Of a stretch of DNA of 64,000 bases, positions 23,901 through 39,200 are shown one piece after another (position 1 is the first letter of the stretch; each line of letters begins with the position of its first letter). The stretch is from assembly GCA_030141605.1 (NCBI GenBank), contig JAQGDQ010000127.1, positions 434,001 through 498,000 of the forward strand. Direction: 5' to 3'. The notes beneath the pieces were generated by a model that had not been told where the DNA came from, ran no database searches, and saw only the letters and a list, made by a program, of their open reading frames with translations. Source of the stretch: Tubiluchus corallicola. Its lineage: Eukaryota > Animalia > Priapulida. Both the position numbers and the translations under genes were made by a program.

Positions 23901-26900
23901 GTCACACGACATGATGCCAAAACTGCTACTGTTAGATAGTAGGTGATATAAGCAGCAGTAACTGATACCCATGACCACATGATTAAGACTACTAGTTAAT
24001 CACATTTCAATGAGGATTACATAGAAGGTTAATTCTCTTTATCTAAGAATAACAACGGCTATTGACAAGGCTAAATGCAGGTACAATAATCATTAACCTT
24101 TCTGTGACAAAATTAAGCTGAATCTAACACAGCCCCATGAAATCATCACTAATAAACAAGTTCTAGGTAACTTAATACTGCTTTGGCGCTGACTATTTCA
24201 AAATTTTTGTAATTTCGTATTAGTTTTAAACGATAATTGTTCCGGCAGATGAAATCTTTCTTTGCTTTTGCTTGTCTAAACCCATCCGTCTTGGGAGTGA
24301 GATAATGTGAAGATAACAATCACAGGTCACGCCAGCCTTATCTAAAAGCTTCCGACAACACATTTTATTAGCAACTGAATACCATATGACACTGGTAACA
24401 TTGTGGATGTGTCCCAGTTCTCTGATCAATTTTGAGTGTTTCATTAGTATACAATGAAATTACAAAATAGATACAACGTCATCGGAAGTATAATTAATAA
24501 ATGAATGATCAGCAATTACCGACATGGATGTGAGTGATAATGAAATCCACATACATGTTAAAAAATGTCTGCAGATAATCAGAAGTAACTAATGCAGGAG
24601 GGGTAACTGCAACTATCGTTCGGTCACCTGTTTGATATTTTAAAGTCATAGACTCTTACTGGTGTTAGGGAATGCACGCAAGAGAAATGACATATCTTTG
24701 AGACAACAAATTTTTATTAGTCTAACATAAAAGTCGCTGCATTAAGAGGAAGTACTACCTGAGCCCTTCTGAATGAATTGTCACAGCTAGTCCCCAAATA
24801 GTACTTGGCACATTTTAATTATGGAATATGATATTTTTGAACTAATGTTTCAATATTAAATAAAGAAAGTAATCCTCGCCTTTGAGTGATAGACAGCTTG
24901 TATCATGTAGCTATTAGAAATTTTACCTGTAATCAGGTGTTTGCTCTAGAGGGGTTATATCAGTAATCCGCTGTAATTCGTTCATGATTCGGTCCCCCTC
25001 CGCTTGCAATCCAGTCAGTTCCTGATCATCAAAAGTACAACTGATATAATGACGATGCTTATCGATGAGCTGATTGGTTTCACTGGCTGATTTAGGGGAA
25101 GTGGATCCCTTCAGCTCTTGCATCAGAGAGAGGAGGTGATTGGCCGCCGAGCGACATTGTTCTATAAATGGCTCTATTTTCTGCAAAACACAAAAAAGCT
25201 TTTTAAGATACTGTGCAGATAAGTACACAGCAAACAAGGAGACTCCAAAAACAGAGTAGATTAAATCATTTCAGTCTCAAATTACAACTACATCCCAATT
25301 AGTACAGATAAACGTTACAAAAAAGACACCAGGTACAGATTTTAAGAAAAAAATGCCAATAGAAAATGTTCTGGAATGTTCTAGGAAGTTGAAACTTGTG
25401 ACCAGTAACAATTTCAATTGGAACGGAGAAGCTTGCTTCCTCATTTCTTTGCATATTCATAACAGTATGTTACCTTTTATACAAATTGGGTTTCTGCAAA
25501 ACAGTCTAGTACCCAATGACAAGGTCTACTTGGTTGGGTATTATAGACAGTTGTTACAAGACCGGAATGGATCTCATTATAAAGGAAAATCTTCTAAGAT
25601 GAGACAGTGAAACAGCATGTATTCTGGCCACATTCATTTGCATATGTATCTCCTTTCAATTGGACAAAACAACCCAGAAACAGTTTTCTGCCCGGTCACC
25701 TATCAATTTACTAATCAAGCTCGTATCGACTGCTAACCTAAGCTGCATCAATAGCAAAGATTATACTTGTATAAAATGCAATGAGATTTGTACAGATAAT
25801 ACAATGTCTCGAACAAACAACAAGAAAATCTTTGTCAAGCGGGAAACGTTTTTGCTCTACAAACGATTATTAATTCACCGTGAAGATATTACCGACATAA
25901 AAACTGGACCACATATGAACATAATGAATGCTTCCAGTCATACTTAAATGGGATTAGAACTGTAATAATCAAAAAGTACTATTATTAATCCTTACAACAC
26001 TGCTTCCCTTTTTTGGGCCCCTTGTCCTACTTTCATCGCTAAATTTTAAAGCTTTTACGTTTTCCATCGCTCACAAAATTTAAACTCTAAAAACTCACAA
26101 CATAAATTCTACGGAAACACTGGTAACTATAATTCAACAAAAACAACACATTATATTTATTACACTATATTACATTAACACTAAGAACCTACAATACTTA
26201 CTTAAACAGAGGAAAATACCTACATATTGTGGCTGTAACTCATCTCTGCTGTGTAGCTAAGATTTCAGATTATTCTGATCAATAAATGATGTTGCTCAAA
26301 ACATTCATGCTCAATAACACAATACAGACCTGATAGTGGCTGTTTTGCCGGCACAAACTGATTAATCAGCCATAATTACTACACAATTAAGGCATGGCAT
26401 TGAAACAACAGTCCGCAGTTCAATTGTACTAATTTCCCTCTATTTGACCAAGTATTATAATTATAGCCTCTCCATTGTTAAGTATTACAGTACTGAACAT
26501 GACACCAAAATCGTAGGGTAGTTGTTAAATATTACAGTACTGAACATGACACCAAAATTGTAGGGTAAATAGCAGCACATACAATGCATTTCTGCGTGAA
26601 CTGTGTGCACGAAACTAAATCTGGCATGATTCGTTTTCAACAATAAAGCTTGTTGAAAGCATTCCTGAAACAAATCTGACACCTATAGTCTTGATTGCGG
26701 CCAGAAATCTTATTGAAAGATGGGGTTGCAAGAACGTCTTATAGGTCAGCTACACTATCTTCATCGACGTAACAATTACAACAAACTGTATAAATTAATA
26801 ACATGGGGGCATACGTGCAGAAATCAAGCAAAACTGAATGGGCTCCTTATAAATCAGTAAAGTTAAACATATTATAAACGAATGTCTAAATTGTACGCGT

Positions 26901-27191
26901 AAACAAGTATTAAAATTCGTAATTGAAACCAACATTTCTTTTAATTGAATTTACAGTCATTTTATTATGACATCCTAAATTATTGCCAACAAAACATTCA
27001 TAGTAACAGAAGGGCGTTTTGTGACAAGAAAAATAAAAATTCTGTTATAATAGCTGCAATAACGCATAATGTAGCCTATTATTTTGAATTGAATTTATCC
27101 GATTGCATGTATAGTACTCATTAATAATAATATACATGCATAACATACCTACCATCGATATACGTGTACATTAAATAAATGGATTATATAA

Positions 27192-27239
<48 letters not shown>

Positions 27240-30200
27240 TAGATAGATAGATAGATAGATATAAACCCAATAGTATATTTAATAAGGTACTGCCACACAC
27301 TGGTCGAGTTTGGCCATTTTCATTGTAATTTTGCGTGCAATACGTAGCACATTTACGAACTGTTGCGTAAAAATTTTGACACATTACTACTCTTATTTGA
27401 CCAAGTTGGAAAAATTAAACATGTGAAGCAAATGAAACAGTAAACAGCCGAACATGTTAGCACCTTAATTTTTGTGAATTATTAGAAAGAGTTCGCAAGT
27501 CCTGACGAATATTCTTGCATTTGAGTTTGTAAATTGCATTACATCAAATAGACAAAACAAGTCAGAATAACAGCTACCCATTAAAATAATTTTTGTTTCC
27601 ATTTATATTTAATTAATGCCAATTCCAAACTCAAATGTAAGAATGTTCATCAGCCGTTATTCAAACATAAATAGAAACAAAAATGCGCTTAAGAAAACTG
27701 TTCACTTCGACATGGTCAGTGCCAATCGACTGTTAATATTAACCAGAATTACTGATAAAACTGGAAAAGAACACATAGTGATTCAAGGTAGCTTCTAAAT
27801 TATTTGATGGGATATACCATATAATGGGATTTACTGGGCGACGGTCTTATGGTGATAATACATTCGTTTTTGAACACTTCATGGTACTGCTGTAGGAAGT
27901 TTTCTATAATTAGTAGTAGTAATGCTAGTCGCCAAAATAAACTAATAACGTTGCAGGTGCTCAAAGTAATCAAATTTCAGTATCGTTTAATTAAGAACTC
28001 CGACCTTACTTCTGTACTGAGGTTAATTATGCTATACATGCACTTAAATAAGAATAAATCCCCCAATCAGCCCTGTGCTAGTATCTCAAATGGTTCCACA
28101 TATTCTACTAGAAACTTAACAACAAGTTTACCCCAAAGAAGTTTTAATTAAATGAATGCGGTTCACCAAGGAAACTAGCAGAAGATTACAGGATTATTGC
28201 AATATTGCTGAACCTCTGTGGTACAACAGAATGAATTAATTAGTTTAAGAGAATCTACTCACCAAAATCTACTCAAATCGTAGTAAATGCCTTGAATAAC
28301 TTGATGTGCAAAAAGATGTGACAAAAAACAAATTTACCACAGTATTTTTAGCGGCAATCACTTTTTATTTTTCTCCAATCACTTCACATTCATTGGGCCA
28401 TTACGAAGTACAAATAAAAACATAAAATGTTTAAACATTCCAATTACCAGTAATGCATGATCAAGTGCAGAAACCTTATTAGCGTCTATCTCCACTTTTT
28501 CTCCATGAATAATCAGTTGTTCTTTCGTTTCTATTTCGCGCATATACAAACTACTTTAACAATTACTTGATTATCTGCTACGCTGCACTGTTTAGAATAT
28601 CGTGTACACAAATCGTACGTCAAAATATCACAATAATTGCTCTGTAGTGCTTATTCACAAACAAACAATGTTTCCAAGCCGCTTCAATACAGACAACTAG
28701 CCAGCATTAAACAATATTATACACGAATAGGCGAAGTAACCGTTAGACAGACAGAAGGCACAGAAATAAATCGTTCTAGGCGAACAGATTTCTGACATCA
28801 GCGCAACCAGAACCGGTCAACACGCACACACAAAACATAATCGGACAGTGACTGCCTCAAACACAGCAGCTTATGTACATAATCCTATTCTCGGCCAAGT
28901 TTTACTAGAAAACACAACACGATGAGCAAGTAAATAACACTAGACAGCAGAGGTTCCAACTTCCACAAGAGAATTCAAACAACTCTTTATAAGCAACTGA
29001 GTAAGTCTGTAAAATCAGTGGATCGCTTGTTGAGAAATCAGGACAGAAGCTATACAGAAAACCTGTTTGCTGGGCGCATCTAAATGAAATGCAAAAACGA
29101 ACTTCAAGCCATCGATTTGTATTTTTCCTTCATAGTGAAAGTGACAGAGCAATATTGCGTATATATGTTATCTTAAGGCAAATCCAATTTTTGGATGGAT
29201 TTCAAATAAAGGGTAAAAGCTTATTTATACACGTAGCTCAAGACACTACACGGGGGTCTGTACACTGCTCAACGTTCAGAAATGGCGATTATATCTTTAG
29301 AACTCAGGTGCTGTTGTTACCGCTCAGTACGACCCTGAGTCACAAACTTTCCCTTTCTGGCACAGCAACCGCCACAGGTCAGGTAAAAAACGGTAAACGT
29401 TAACCTCAGAATCATTAACGAAATACGAAAAGTTTAGATAATGATGGCGATGAGATCCCTAATAATACCAGAGAAAGTTGTGTACGACATTCGACATATG
29501 ATGCTGACAGGAGAAAAATATGCGGACAGCGCTAATTTTGTTGTGATAGGTAACACGTGTGATCCACATCCCCAAAAATACCACTGAAGGTATATTTAAA
29601 TTTATTTTCAAAAAATCTTTAACTCTACATACTTAAAATCCATTATTTACTAAAATCTCCGCTCATTACTTATCTGATCCACGTTTCACTTCGCAAACTG
29701 AAATTAATATATAATCTTCTCATCTCATTTTCACCGGATCTAATACCCTACTAGTTCCAACGGTGAATTCATTTCACCAATGCTGCACCACGCATAGGCA
29801 CACCACGAACCTGGCAAACATTTATCCTACCCGAGTACAACTGAGCTCCCCCGGATGCGAGGATATCGCGAACGGCAGTGAAATTCTTTTGACTATCAAA
29901 ACAGCGTACATACGTACTTTGTAAAAAACATATAAAACAGAGTACTTTACAAGTAAAAACAAGGCAGTGGCCTCCGGAAAGGTAATTAATGACATTTGTC
30001 CACCTAAAATATATTGCAAATTCTTGTACTCCAAGTAGTAACTTTAACATGGTCCATCTAGGCAATAGATGTCCGAAAACATTCCAATAGAAAATCTAAT
30101 GTGTTATGTACAATTTTTAGGACAGTGAACTTGGCCAAGAAAGAAGTCTGTTATTTCATTTATCAAATTCGATTTGAAGAAAATCAAAGTGCTTGTTATA

Positions 30201-33200
30201 AATCAGCAAGTCTGAATGAAAGGATTCTGTTATTATCAAACAACAGTGGAAATTGATTCGATAAAAAATGTAATACAAAAGTTAAGCACGGTGAAGCATC
30301 TAGATGGTTACTAGTTAGCTACTAATTGATACAGGTTAAAAATTGTAAGTTGTCTAGAAATTTTTGCAACGGTATTTTCTAAACTGCAACATCCTGGCTG
30401 TCGAAAAATATAACTTTAAACCAAAACCAAAAAAGATATTTTTTATAATTGCAACATTCTACATGCAAAAGTTGCAACAGTGAGTCACAACTCAGTCTGG
30501 TTACAAATATCAACGCGCATTATTCTGACATTCGTTACATAAATGTTTTTAAAATATCAGTAACAGAAGTTGATCCGACTGTCAACTGTAACTAACAGAA
30601 AACGGAAGAATTAAAGGCGTAGTGGTATCTGTCCAGCTCCAGCAATAAACAGTAGTATTGTACACAATGAAATCAGTCTTCAAAATTAATTTTTCGAGGA
30701 CACACAACCACCTAGATGAAATTTCATCATCTTAATATCGTCATCTTAAATGTCACATAAAATTTTTCGCATATAAAGTAAACTTTTTTTCTTAGAAAAA
30801 GGAGCAGCTGACTTACATCATCTTAATATCGTCATCTTAAATGTCGCATAAAATTTTTCGCATATAAAGTAAACTTTTTTTCTTAGAAAAAGGAGCAGCT
30901 GACATATATTTCTTACATATATTATCGAATTTGCAACTAACTATTGTATCTGAAACTAATGTTGAGGAAATAAAATTGACTGAATTAAACTGAAATGAAT
31001 ACCCTATTCTAGTCAAACATTTCTCTGACCACCTTTCTCCGGGAATGGTAGCGACGATAAAGCCAGCCTTTGCTGTTATTGCTGCTGGGGCTGCTGCAAT
31101 CGGGCCACATGCTATTTTGTCATGTGCTTGTCCTTCAAATTTAAGTTAGTGAGTATATAATGATTTTATTTAACTATCAAATAAAACCTAAGAAATAAAG
31201 ATACGTCCACCAAGAATCTTGGGATCACTTTCAATGGGAAATTTTAGGGATAACTAATATATGTCCTATCCAAAATAAGTGACATGGCAGCGTTGGAATG
31301 TATTTCTTTCGGTGTGCGGTAAAAATGGCACAGGAAAAAATGGCTTGGTAAAAATGATACACAGGAAAAAATGGCACTGGAAAAAAGTGGCATGGTAAAA
31401 ATGGCCCAAGAAAAAATGGCACAGGTAAAATTGGCATAGAAAAAATGCACATACGTTATTTTGATGCAATGGATTTCTTTAATAAAACTAGAATGCGCTC
31501 AGTAGGAAGCACATCTATACAAAAGCCGAAAAATCCTAAACTTATTCGTCCGATTGTTTAGATTAAAAAAAAATTTAATTCAAAGATAAATAAGCAAACA
31601 TACCAAAGTGTACATGTATTAGTATTATATAAACTAGCAACACTTAAATAGATTTATAATCAATAATGCACAAACGTTCCACATAGCGTTTATCTACTTT
31701 TTTAACTGTTAATTTTGGCAATGGCAATAGAGTGACAAACATATGTGTACCAAGTCACCTTATAAGACCATACATATTAACAAGCAGAAGGTTATAGACA
31801 ACGTTACACAGTGTTACAGAATTTCTCGAAATTGAACTGGAACTAACTCGCAGTTGTTTGTCAGGTGGAGATAACAAAAAAGAAGTACTAAACACTCCCT
31901 GTGAGACCTCCACGAATGTTTTTTGTACGTGGTGTTCGGTTATGTATTGCGAAAAAAGAACCGCCTTTCTTCACAAAGTTTCTTGGAAATCTGTTAGATA
32001 GTTTTAGCGCAATAGGCCTACTGCCATAACAGACAAAAAACAACAAAACAAACTGTGTATTGAAGCATAACTTCCTTGGGAGAGGCAAAAATAACTAATA
32101 TAATAATTATTATTAACAGGGTAACCACTGTTACCCTAACCCAAAACACATCTTTTACGAAGTGTGCCCTAACCCAAAACACATCTTTTACGAAGTGTGC
32201 CCTAACCCTAAACACCTATTTTACTAAGTGTGATATTTTTTTCTTGTGCCATTTTTTCCTGTACCATTTTTACATGTGCTATTTTATCCAGTTTTCCACT
32301 TCTGTCGCGTTACCCTTCAGCGTCCAAAATTCAGAATTATAGGAAATGTAAGTTCAACTAGTGCAGTGTAAGTTCAATTACCCTCACAACCTCTGTGTAA
32401 GCTTCGCTAGTACTGTAACGTCATCCACTGTCACACTACAGACTTCAACTCAAACAAAAACAACTCAATTATAAACATTTCAAAGTCACGCTATATACAA
32501 TAATCCAAGTTTCCACTTGAAGAACAATCTACAATACACTCTGCACTACTTTGAGAAAGACGTAATTATTTGGAAAATGAAATTCCTCCAAAATCTGCTT
32601 TAATCACAATGATAATGCTTGTAGCACAAAGTCGTTTATACTTAACGTGTCACCGAATAGATATGAAAATTGGGTCACAATCACGAATCAAGGTCATTTT
32701 GTATATACGGATAAAAATCGGTTGTCCGCCTAGTACTACTATGAAAAGCCAATTTACATAAAATCCATTCAAAACTAACAATAATCTGGACTCAAGGACA
32801 GGAATTCCAATATTAGCTCTGCTCTAAAAGATGCATCCTGTGCTTGATGATCACTCCTAATACAAGAAATGAGTGTGGTAGCCTGGTAAATCCCTAATAC
32901 GATAATTATTAGGTTCAACAGTTAACGACCTGTCAGATCACGTTTAAACTGCAGCGCGCTGACATACTCAAAATACATTGCAAACAATACCAGTTTAATT
33001 AGGCCCATTTCCAGGACCTCTACACAGGAGAAACTTTTATTCTCATCTCATCCCATTCCCTACAATTCAAAAATGTTTATAATTCTTCCACGCACCCGAA
33101 AACTAAGGCAAAGTGTCTTATAAATCAATGTAACACCAAATAAAACAAAATATACACGAGAAGAATGCACAAGACAATAGACGACGATCGAGTACATAAT

Positions 33201-36200
33201 TCATTCAAATGGTATCATTCAAAATATGTAAGAGAGACATATGAGCAGTGAGTCAGTAAGGTTTTCCTATCGACTAATCCATTTACACGAAGAACAAAAT
33301 TGCGACCAAATATCACAAAATGCAGATACTGTAAACTAAAAGTTTTTATTGGTTTTACGTTGAAAAATCTTAATTGTATGACTAATTTTCCACAGTGTAC
33401 CTTAACTAGATAATAAACAAGCTTGTGAAATAATCAAGTACTACTCAATTGTAGCTTACCATGCGGTAATCTATCCATGTTTCATGGTCATAGAAAAACG
33501 AACCACCTAAGTCTGCAGGCAGCGCCTCTTCGTCAATGTATGGTATTAATGCTTCTTGAGATTTCAATAATTCAATCTGAAAGACAAAATTTTCCATTTT
33601 AGCGTTTAAATTTATACAATAAGCTACTGTAACTAAAAGTTTCAGAACTATTCCTAAAACTCAAAACAAAACTTGACGCAACAGTATAAACTACTATTCA
33701 TTGGACGGCCATCCATAGGTTTCAAATCTGTTAAAATATAATATACATGTATTATAAAGTACTGCTATTACAAAATATATTATCCATAAAGACACACATG
33801 CACGCACGCAAACAAATGATATGCAACTTTACAGACTTGACGCACAAAGACAATTAGATGCACTTACACTATTACGTAAATAAACATTAAACTAACCTTC
33901 AAACATGATATAGGTTTCAGGTGCAAAGATACATGATAAATCAATTTACTTAAAAGTGCCGCATTATTGATGGTTAGGCTGCTCTGGTTTTATTGACGTT
34001 TAATGTCAAGGGTTAAATGTAAACAAAACAACAAGAATGAATGTTAATTTCAAAGAACTGCATAAAACTATCCGCTTTGTATCAGCATCTATTCATGTTA
34101 ATTTGAACTCCATAAAATAGCATTGTTTCAGAATCTAGTTTTACACCAATATAAAAATTGTGTAAATTGAAAACAAGCTACACAGATATTCGGTACTGTT
34201 AATCCCTGTTAATTAACTTTTTTCACAATGCACACTTTCAAGACTGCAATATCCAAGCCCATAATATTCATTCTAAGAATAAACTGGAGTAAAAGTGCTT
34301 GTTGTCCATCAAGGATGAGTCTAGATCTGTATCAGCTTCCAATGGTAAATAAGGACAAAAAGAGTACTAGCCATATAACATTTTAGCTTCCGCATGAAAC
34401 AATGACGTAAAGTAATTTTCTGTTTCGTAAAACTAGCACGTCATAAGCGTGCATATATAATAACTGCTATAGATCTAGTACCTGCACTCCTTTTTTAAAC
34501 TTTATGAATGATTTTACCTATCAATTTAAAAGGACCCATATCACATATACCTCTCTTTAATACAGTTTTGTTCCTTAGAGTCTAAAAGTTTTTTTAATGT
34601 TGTTCTGAATTATGAAAGAAATCCAAGTGAAAAGCACTTAAAACATTAAAAACAACCTCATTTAAATAACGGTAAGAAACAACGAATCACAAGCTATAAC
34701 AAACATACGTGATTATGCATTTATTTATAAACTAACGAGCTACCAAGGATTAGATGATGGCCTCTCATTTTAGGATTGTTTAACCATGTTTTGATTCTAT
34801 TTTAATACAAAGATACAAGAATAATATCAAAACTTTGCATGTGCGTCTTGTACAGAGAAGCTATGCTACACAAACATAGCATGGTATGTTCTACTAAAAT
34901 ACAAAAATTAACGTTTAAATTCAATTGTATTTCTACAATAGTTATAGAAGATTTCACAGACACGCACCCTGAATTCATGACATGAAAACAAACACAGCGA
35001 AGGTTAGGTATCGTGAATTTAAACCAGCTGATTTCTGAAATCTCAGCATAATTCAAATGAATGTTTTATTTTAGAAGTTAAAGAATCCTTGAAAATTGAA
35101 TTAATAAAGTGCATTTAAGGCTAAATGAGTTGAATAGCAAACACTTTATTAAAAGCTCAACAGGGATAATAGGAATCTGACCTGACTCTGTTCGTTTTTC
35201 TCATACTTATATAGCTCATTATAGTTTACAATGATTATTTGTAATAAATTTACCCAAGGATATAAAATTGAGGAGAAAAGAATAAGAATTATATAAAAAA
35301 TTAGGAAGTAAAAATTAAAATAATTAATCTCTGTGTCTCTTAAACTTTTCTGGCAAATACAAACTTCAAAGATCTTAAATCCAAAAACGACTTGCCTATA
35401 AACGCAATGCCAAAATATTTTGCAATTTTCTAGGGCAGTAACGTTTATCATATAACACAGCTTTTGTAACAATAATATTGCTTACATGAACTGAATTACA
35501 ATGCGCAAAGTTAAACTCATAAGGCTTGGCAACATACAAGTGCAAAGTGACTGTAACTCAATAATTAATAAGACGTCAGAAATCCTAAATAGAAACACTG
35601 TGAAAAATTGTGGAAAACTAAGCAGTTAAAACTTTTAATAATGTTTTTCTCTTGAAACAACGTGTCAGTCGGAAATTAGACTACTAGCGAGTTAATTACT
35701 GTGCAAGTGAAACTTACACAATGTCAGTTTGAAGTAAAGCAGGCTAAAGCGCGTGCAGTAAAGCAATAAATCCACTTACTGTGTCATCATGTAAAATGTG
35801 ATGAGAATAATAAATCTTTAAAACTTTTAAATAGACAATAAATTTACGATTTATATTAAATATGGTGCACAGCATAAGTGTTTAGCATAAATGTCATTTG
35901 AAACAGCACAATTACACGTGATATGACCAAATTTCTGCCTAGAGTTGCATTATTTATACAGTAGAAGCAATTCAATTATGTACTCATTCGTTTACAAGCT
36001 TCTCAAAAAAATCATTGTGAATTTTGAAGAGCTTGCTGTTTAATTGTTTAAATGAGTAAAACGCTTATTATAACTAGACTGAATGAATTCATATCCAAAT
36101 CCGGAAGCATGACCGTGTTTGTCACTTCACTATGCCTAGTCCAAAATGGCTTACTCGTGAATGTTAGAAGCTGTAGATTATTACTCTCATGTGAATTTTT

Positions 36201-39200
36201 TAGTGTGAGCAGTGCTCGTGACTAATTATGATTTGGCTATGCCTAGTCCCGTGCGGTTTACTTGAATGGCTGAACAGTTTGCACTAACATCTAATTTTGA
36301 ACATTCCTCACTCGGGCCTTTGGACAATCCAGCTTTTTAGACATGCCATTATCCACGTCCCTACACAGGTGTCTCCCTTGCAAGTTTTGCGACTCTAGGT
36401 ATTATAGTTTTTAAGAGTTACTCAATGTTTAGTTTTAGTTTAGTTTAGTTTAATTTTGTAATCATTAAAATTGAACATTTACACATTACAACGAAAAGAT
36501 TAGTATAAACTCAATGCACTAAAGATTATAGCAAAATAAGAGAACGAAACCGTATTTATATCTAGATGTTTGACAAAAAAGGTAGCTCAAGCAACTTAGG
36601 GTTGCATGTACTTACAAGTTCTACATTATTTTCAGGGGCTAGCAAGTGATGTAATTTGCGATTTTCACATTTCATTTGCTCTACGAAAACTCTTATACAA
36701 AGACTTTTTCGCCTTTCATGTAGCTTTGGGAGCTTCAAAATTTGACGGCATCATCATAGTAAATATCCCTCAACATAATAGTGTTCATAGAATCATTTGG
36801 CTGGCCATTACACGTTATATACACCCTGTCTTAATTGCAGATTAGATGATGGTCTAACACAATTAATGCTCATGAGCATCGGCCTTCAACTTGACACAGC
36901 CACAAGCCAATTTATTATCTACACAGTCATCTTAAATAATATTTCGTGCAGTAATTATTACATATCGAAACTTTTTTGCATACATCTTAATGATCTCAAT
37001 GTGCAATTGACGTTCAGACCTTGGAAAATTAAGACCTTCTCTGCAGACAAAAAGCACTTTGTGTGCAACTATGTCTTAAAATCCAACAATGCCCGAATCC
37101 AATGAGACTATGTGGCCACTATAGAGAAGTTCTGCAAACTAATCACAAACCCAGAACACAATAGTTACAAAGAATGTACAGCGCACAAGACCAACAGGAG
37201 GAAATTGGAAAACGAATCAAAAGCTCAGAACCACCCACGATTATACAAACTTCTGTAAGTAGCACCTGTCAGCAGCACCAGCCTATCCATGAAAAATATG
37301 GTTTGCGAATCAGGGATACAAATAAATCCGCGAGTTTGACTTGAACACAATCAATTTGTCTCTTTTGTGCTGCGCAGTAACGCAAACGAATTTAGTGTGT
37401 CTGAAGCATTTAGTAATGTTATATGCAGACCGAACCAGATTTCGAGACGTATTTTTAGCTGAATGTGAAACCTATAAAATGATTTTTTCTTTTACAGTAC
37501 CAGATTTTCAACCACAGCTAAAAATAATCTAGTATATAACATATTCAGAGAGAACATAATTGTTTTTTAAGAGTGACCTAACGTGAAAGAATTATTAGCA
37601 CGGAAATTTAATTTCGCACTCGCGCCCAGTTATAAGCATTTTAGTCATTCGCAAGCTAAAAACACAGCGTATGCATCTTCGAAATGCGTTGCGAAAAAAA
37701 CAGACGTTGTACCTCTCGGTTTAGTTGTGACGTAGTGCACACGAGAACTCATGCGTTAGCACAGTGGTAAACTTAAAATTTAAAATTTTAAACTTGAAAT
37801 TTGCTGAGTTTATGTGTATCATACTGAATGTTACACAGTTACAGTAGAACTGTACTTCAATTTTCGCTTTCACAAACACGTGGAACGTGCCTCTGGAATG
37901 GCTGTTAAAAATTATGCTCCGTTGTGACGTCAGCACTAACTGTGCCTGCCGGCAATTAATTTAGCTTTTAACCTATTATTTAATTCTCATAAACACTTCG
38001 GCATTATAATAGGTGTTAAAATGTAAACTTTTTACCGTACTTCAAGATGGGGTACGATATGAAAAATCATCCTGTTTTCCTTTAAGTACAGTGCGAAGTT
38101 TTGCAAATCTCTGATGCGGGATTCCCCAGTAGTCTCTTTACATTCTCTATTTGTTCCAACAAAACGAAGCAAAATGTTTGAAAATGGGTACAGATGAACT
38201 AAAGTTTTGGACACCTCTTCTAGTCGAATTAGAAAAAATCTGAAAAAACTACTGCACAAGTAGGATTTGATATTTTTACTAACTCCTTCAGGGACTTCAA
38301 GAGCTGCACCTTGTTGGAAAAACTACAATGTTAATATGTGTTGTTCCATATGGTGCTCTAAATCTACACTGAATTTTCGTTGCTTATCGAAGAACCTCGT
38401 GCCAGACGGGTTTTGCACCTCATTTCTAAGTTCTAAAGTTACTGTCATTGCCACATCAAGGGTTCAGGGTTTCATTCAAAAAATAAAGAAACCAATTACC
38501 AAAGGACCCTTTTGATTCACGTAAAAGTCAGTTGAGGAACATAAAAGATTTTGTCACATAATTTATTATTTTTCCTTACAAGCCTATACTGATCAGTAAT
38601 TTTAAAATATGAATGAAAGAACGGCCACGAGTGACGAATCAACTAGAAAAACCGAGACCACACCCCTCACATCTCACTAGCAATAACTTGGTCGGCACCA
38701 TCCAACGACGCATTTTGTCTAATTTCACATCAGCACGCACCTGCCAGATGTGCGGCCTATTGCCAGCTATTAAATATTCATAACGAAAAAAATCGCTTGT
38801 ATTTAAACGCAAATAGAGTACGAATTTAAACATTTAATAATTAAGATGAGAACAATAATTAAATTTCGACGACTAATGTTCATTGTTAATTAATGCCAGC
38901 AACGTGGCAGGTGGTACACTGATTGGTACACTCCAATACCACACACTACCGGACACTTTAATCTAAATGTAAACGCACTTAGATAAACAAATTTGAAAAG
39001 AAAAGCAAACACTGTCCGTGATAAACGGAAACTATCCAAATAAAATTGTCTCAGTGAACGAAAATGCTAATAAACAGTAAATAAAACAGAAATTCAAAAT
39101 TTTCCCAAGAAACTTGAAACGGCATGAAATTGTGAGTTCTTCGGAACACTTTTTACGTTATCTCAGCCCAAACACGTAATACAGCCCAGAAGTGGCTTGT

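Noticed and set aside
31231-31469. Stacked ORFs in three frames (also 39204-39824)
   Set aside because: Artefact of stop-free 15-bp repeats in the foldback arms; not a gene, and not CRISPR because there are no unique spacers.
32134-32230. CCCTAA/TTAGGG motifs as an interstitial telomere
   Set aside because: Only one or two hexamers per unit, embedded in a dispersed element; not a telomeric array.
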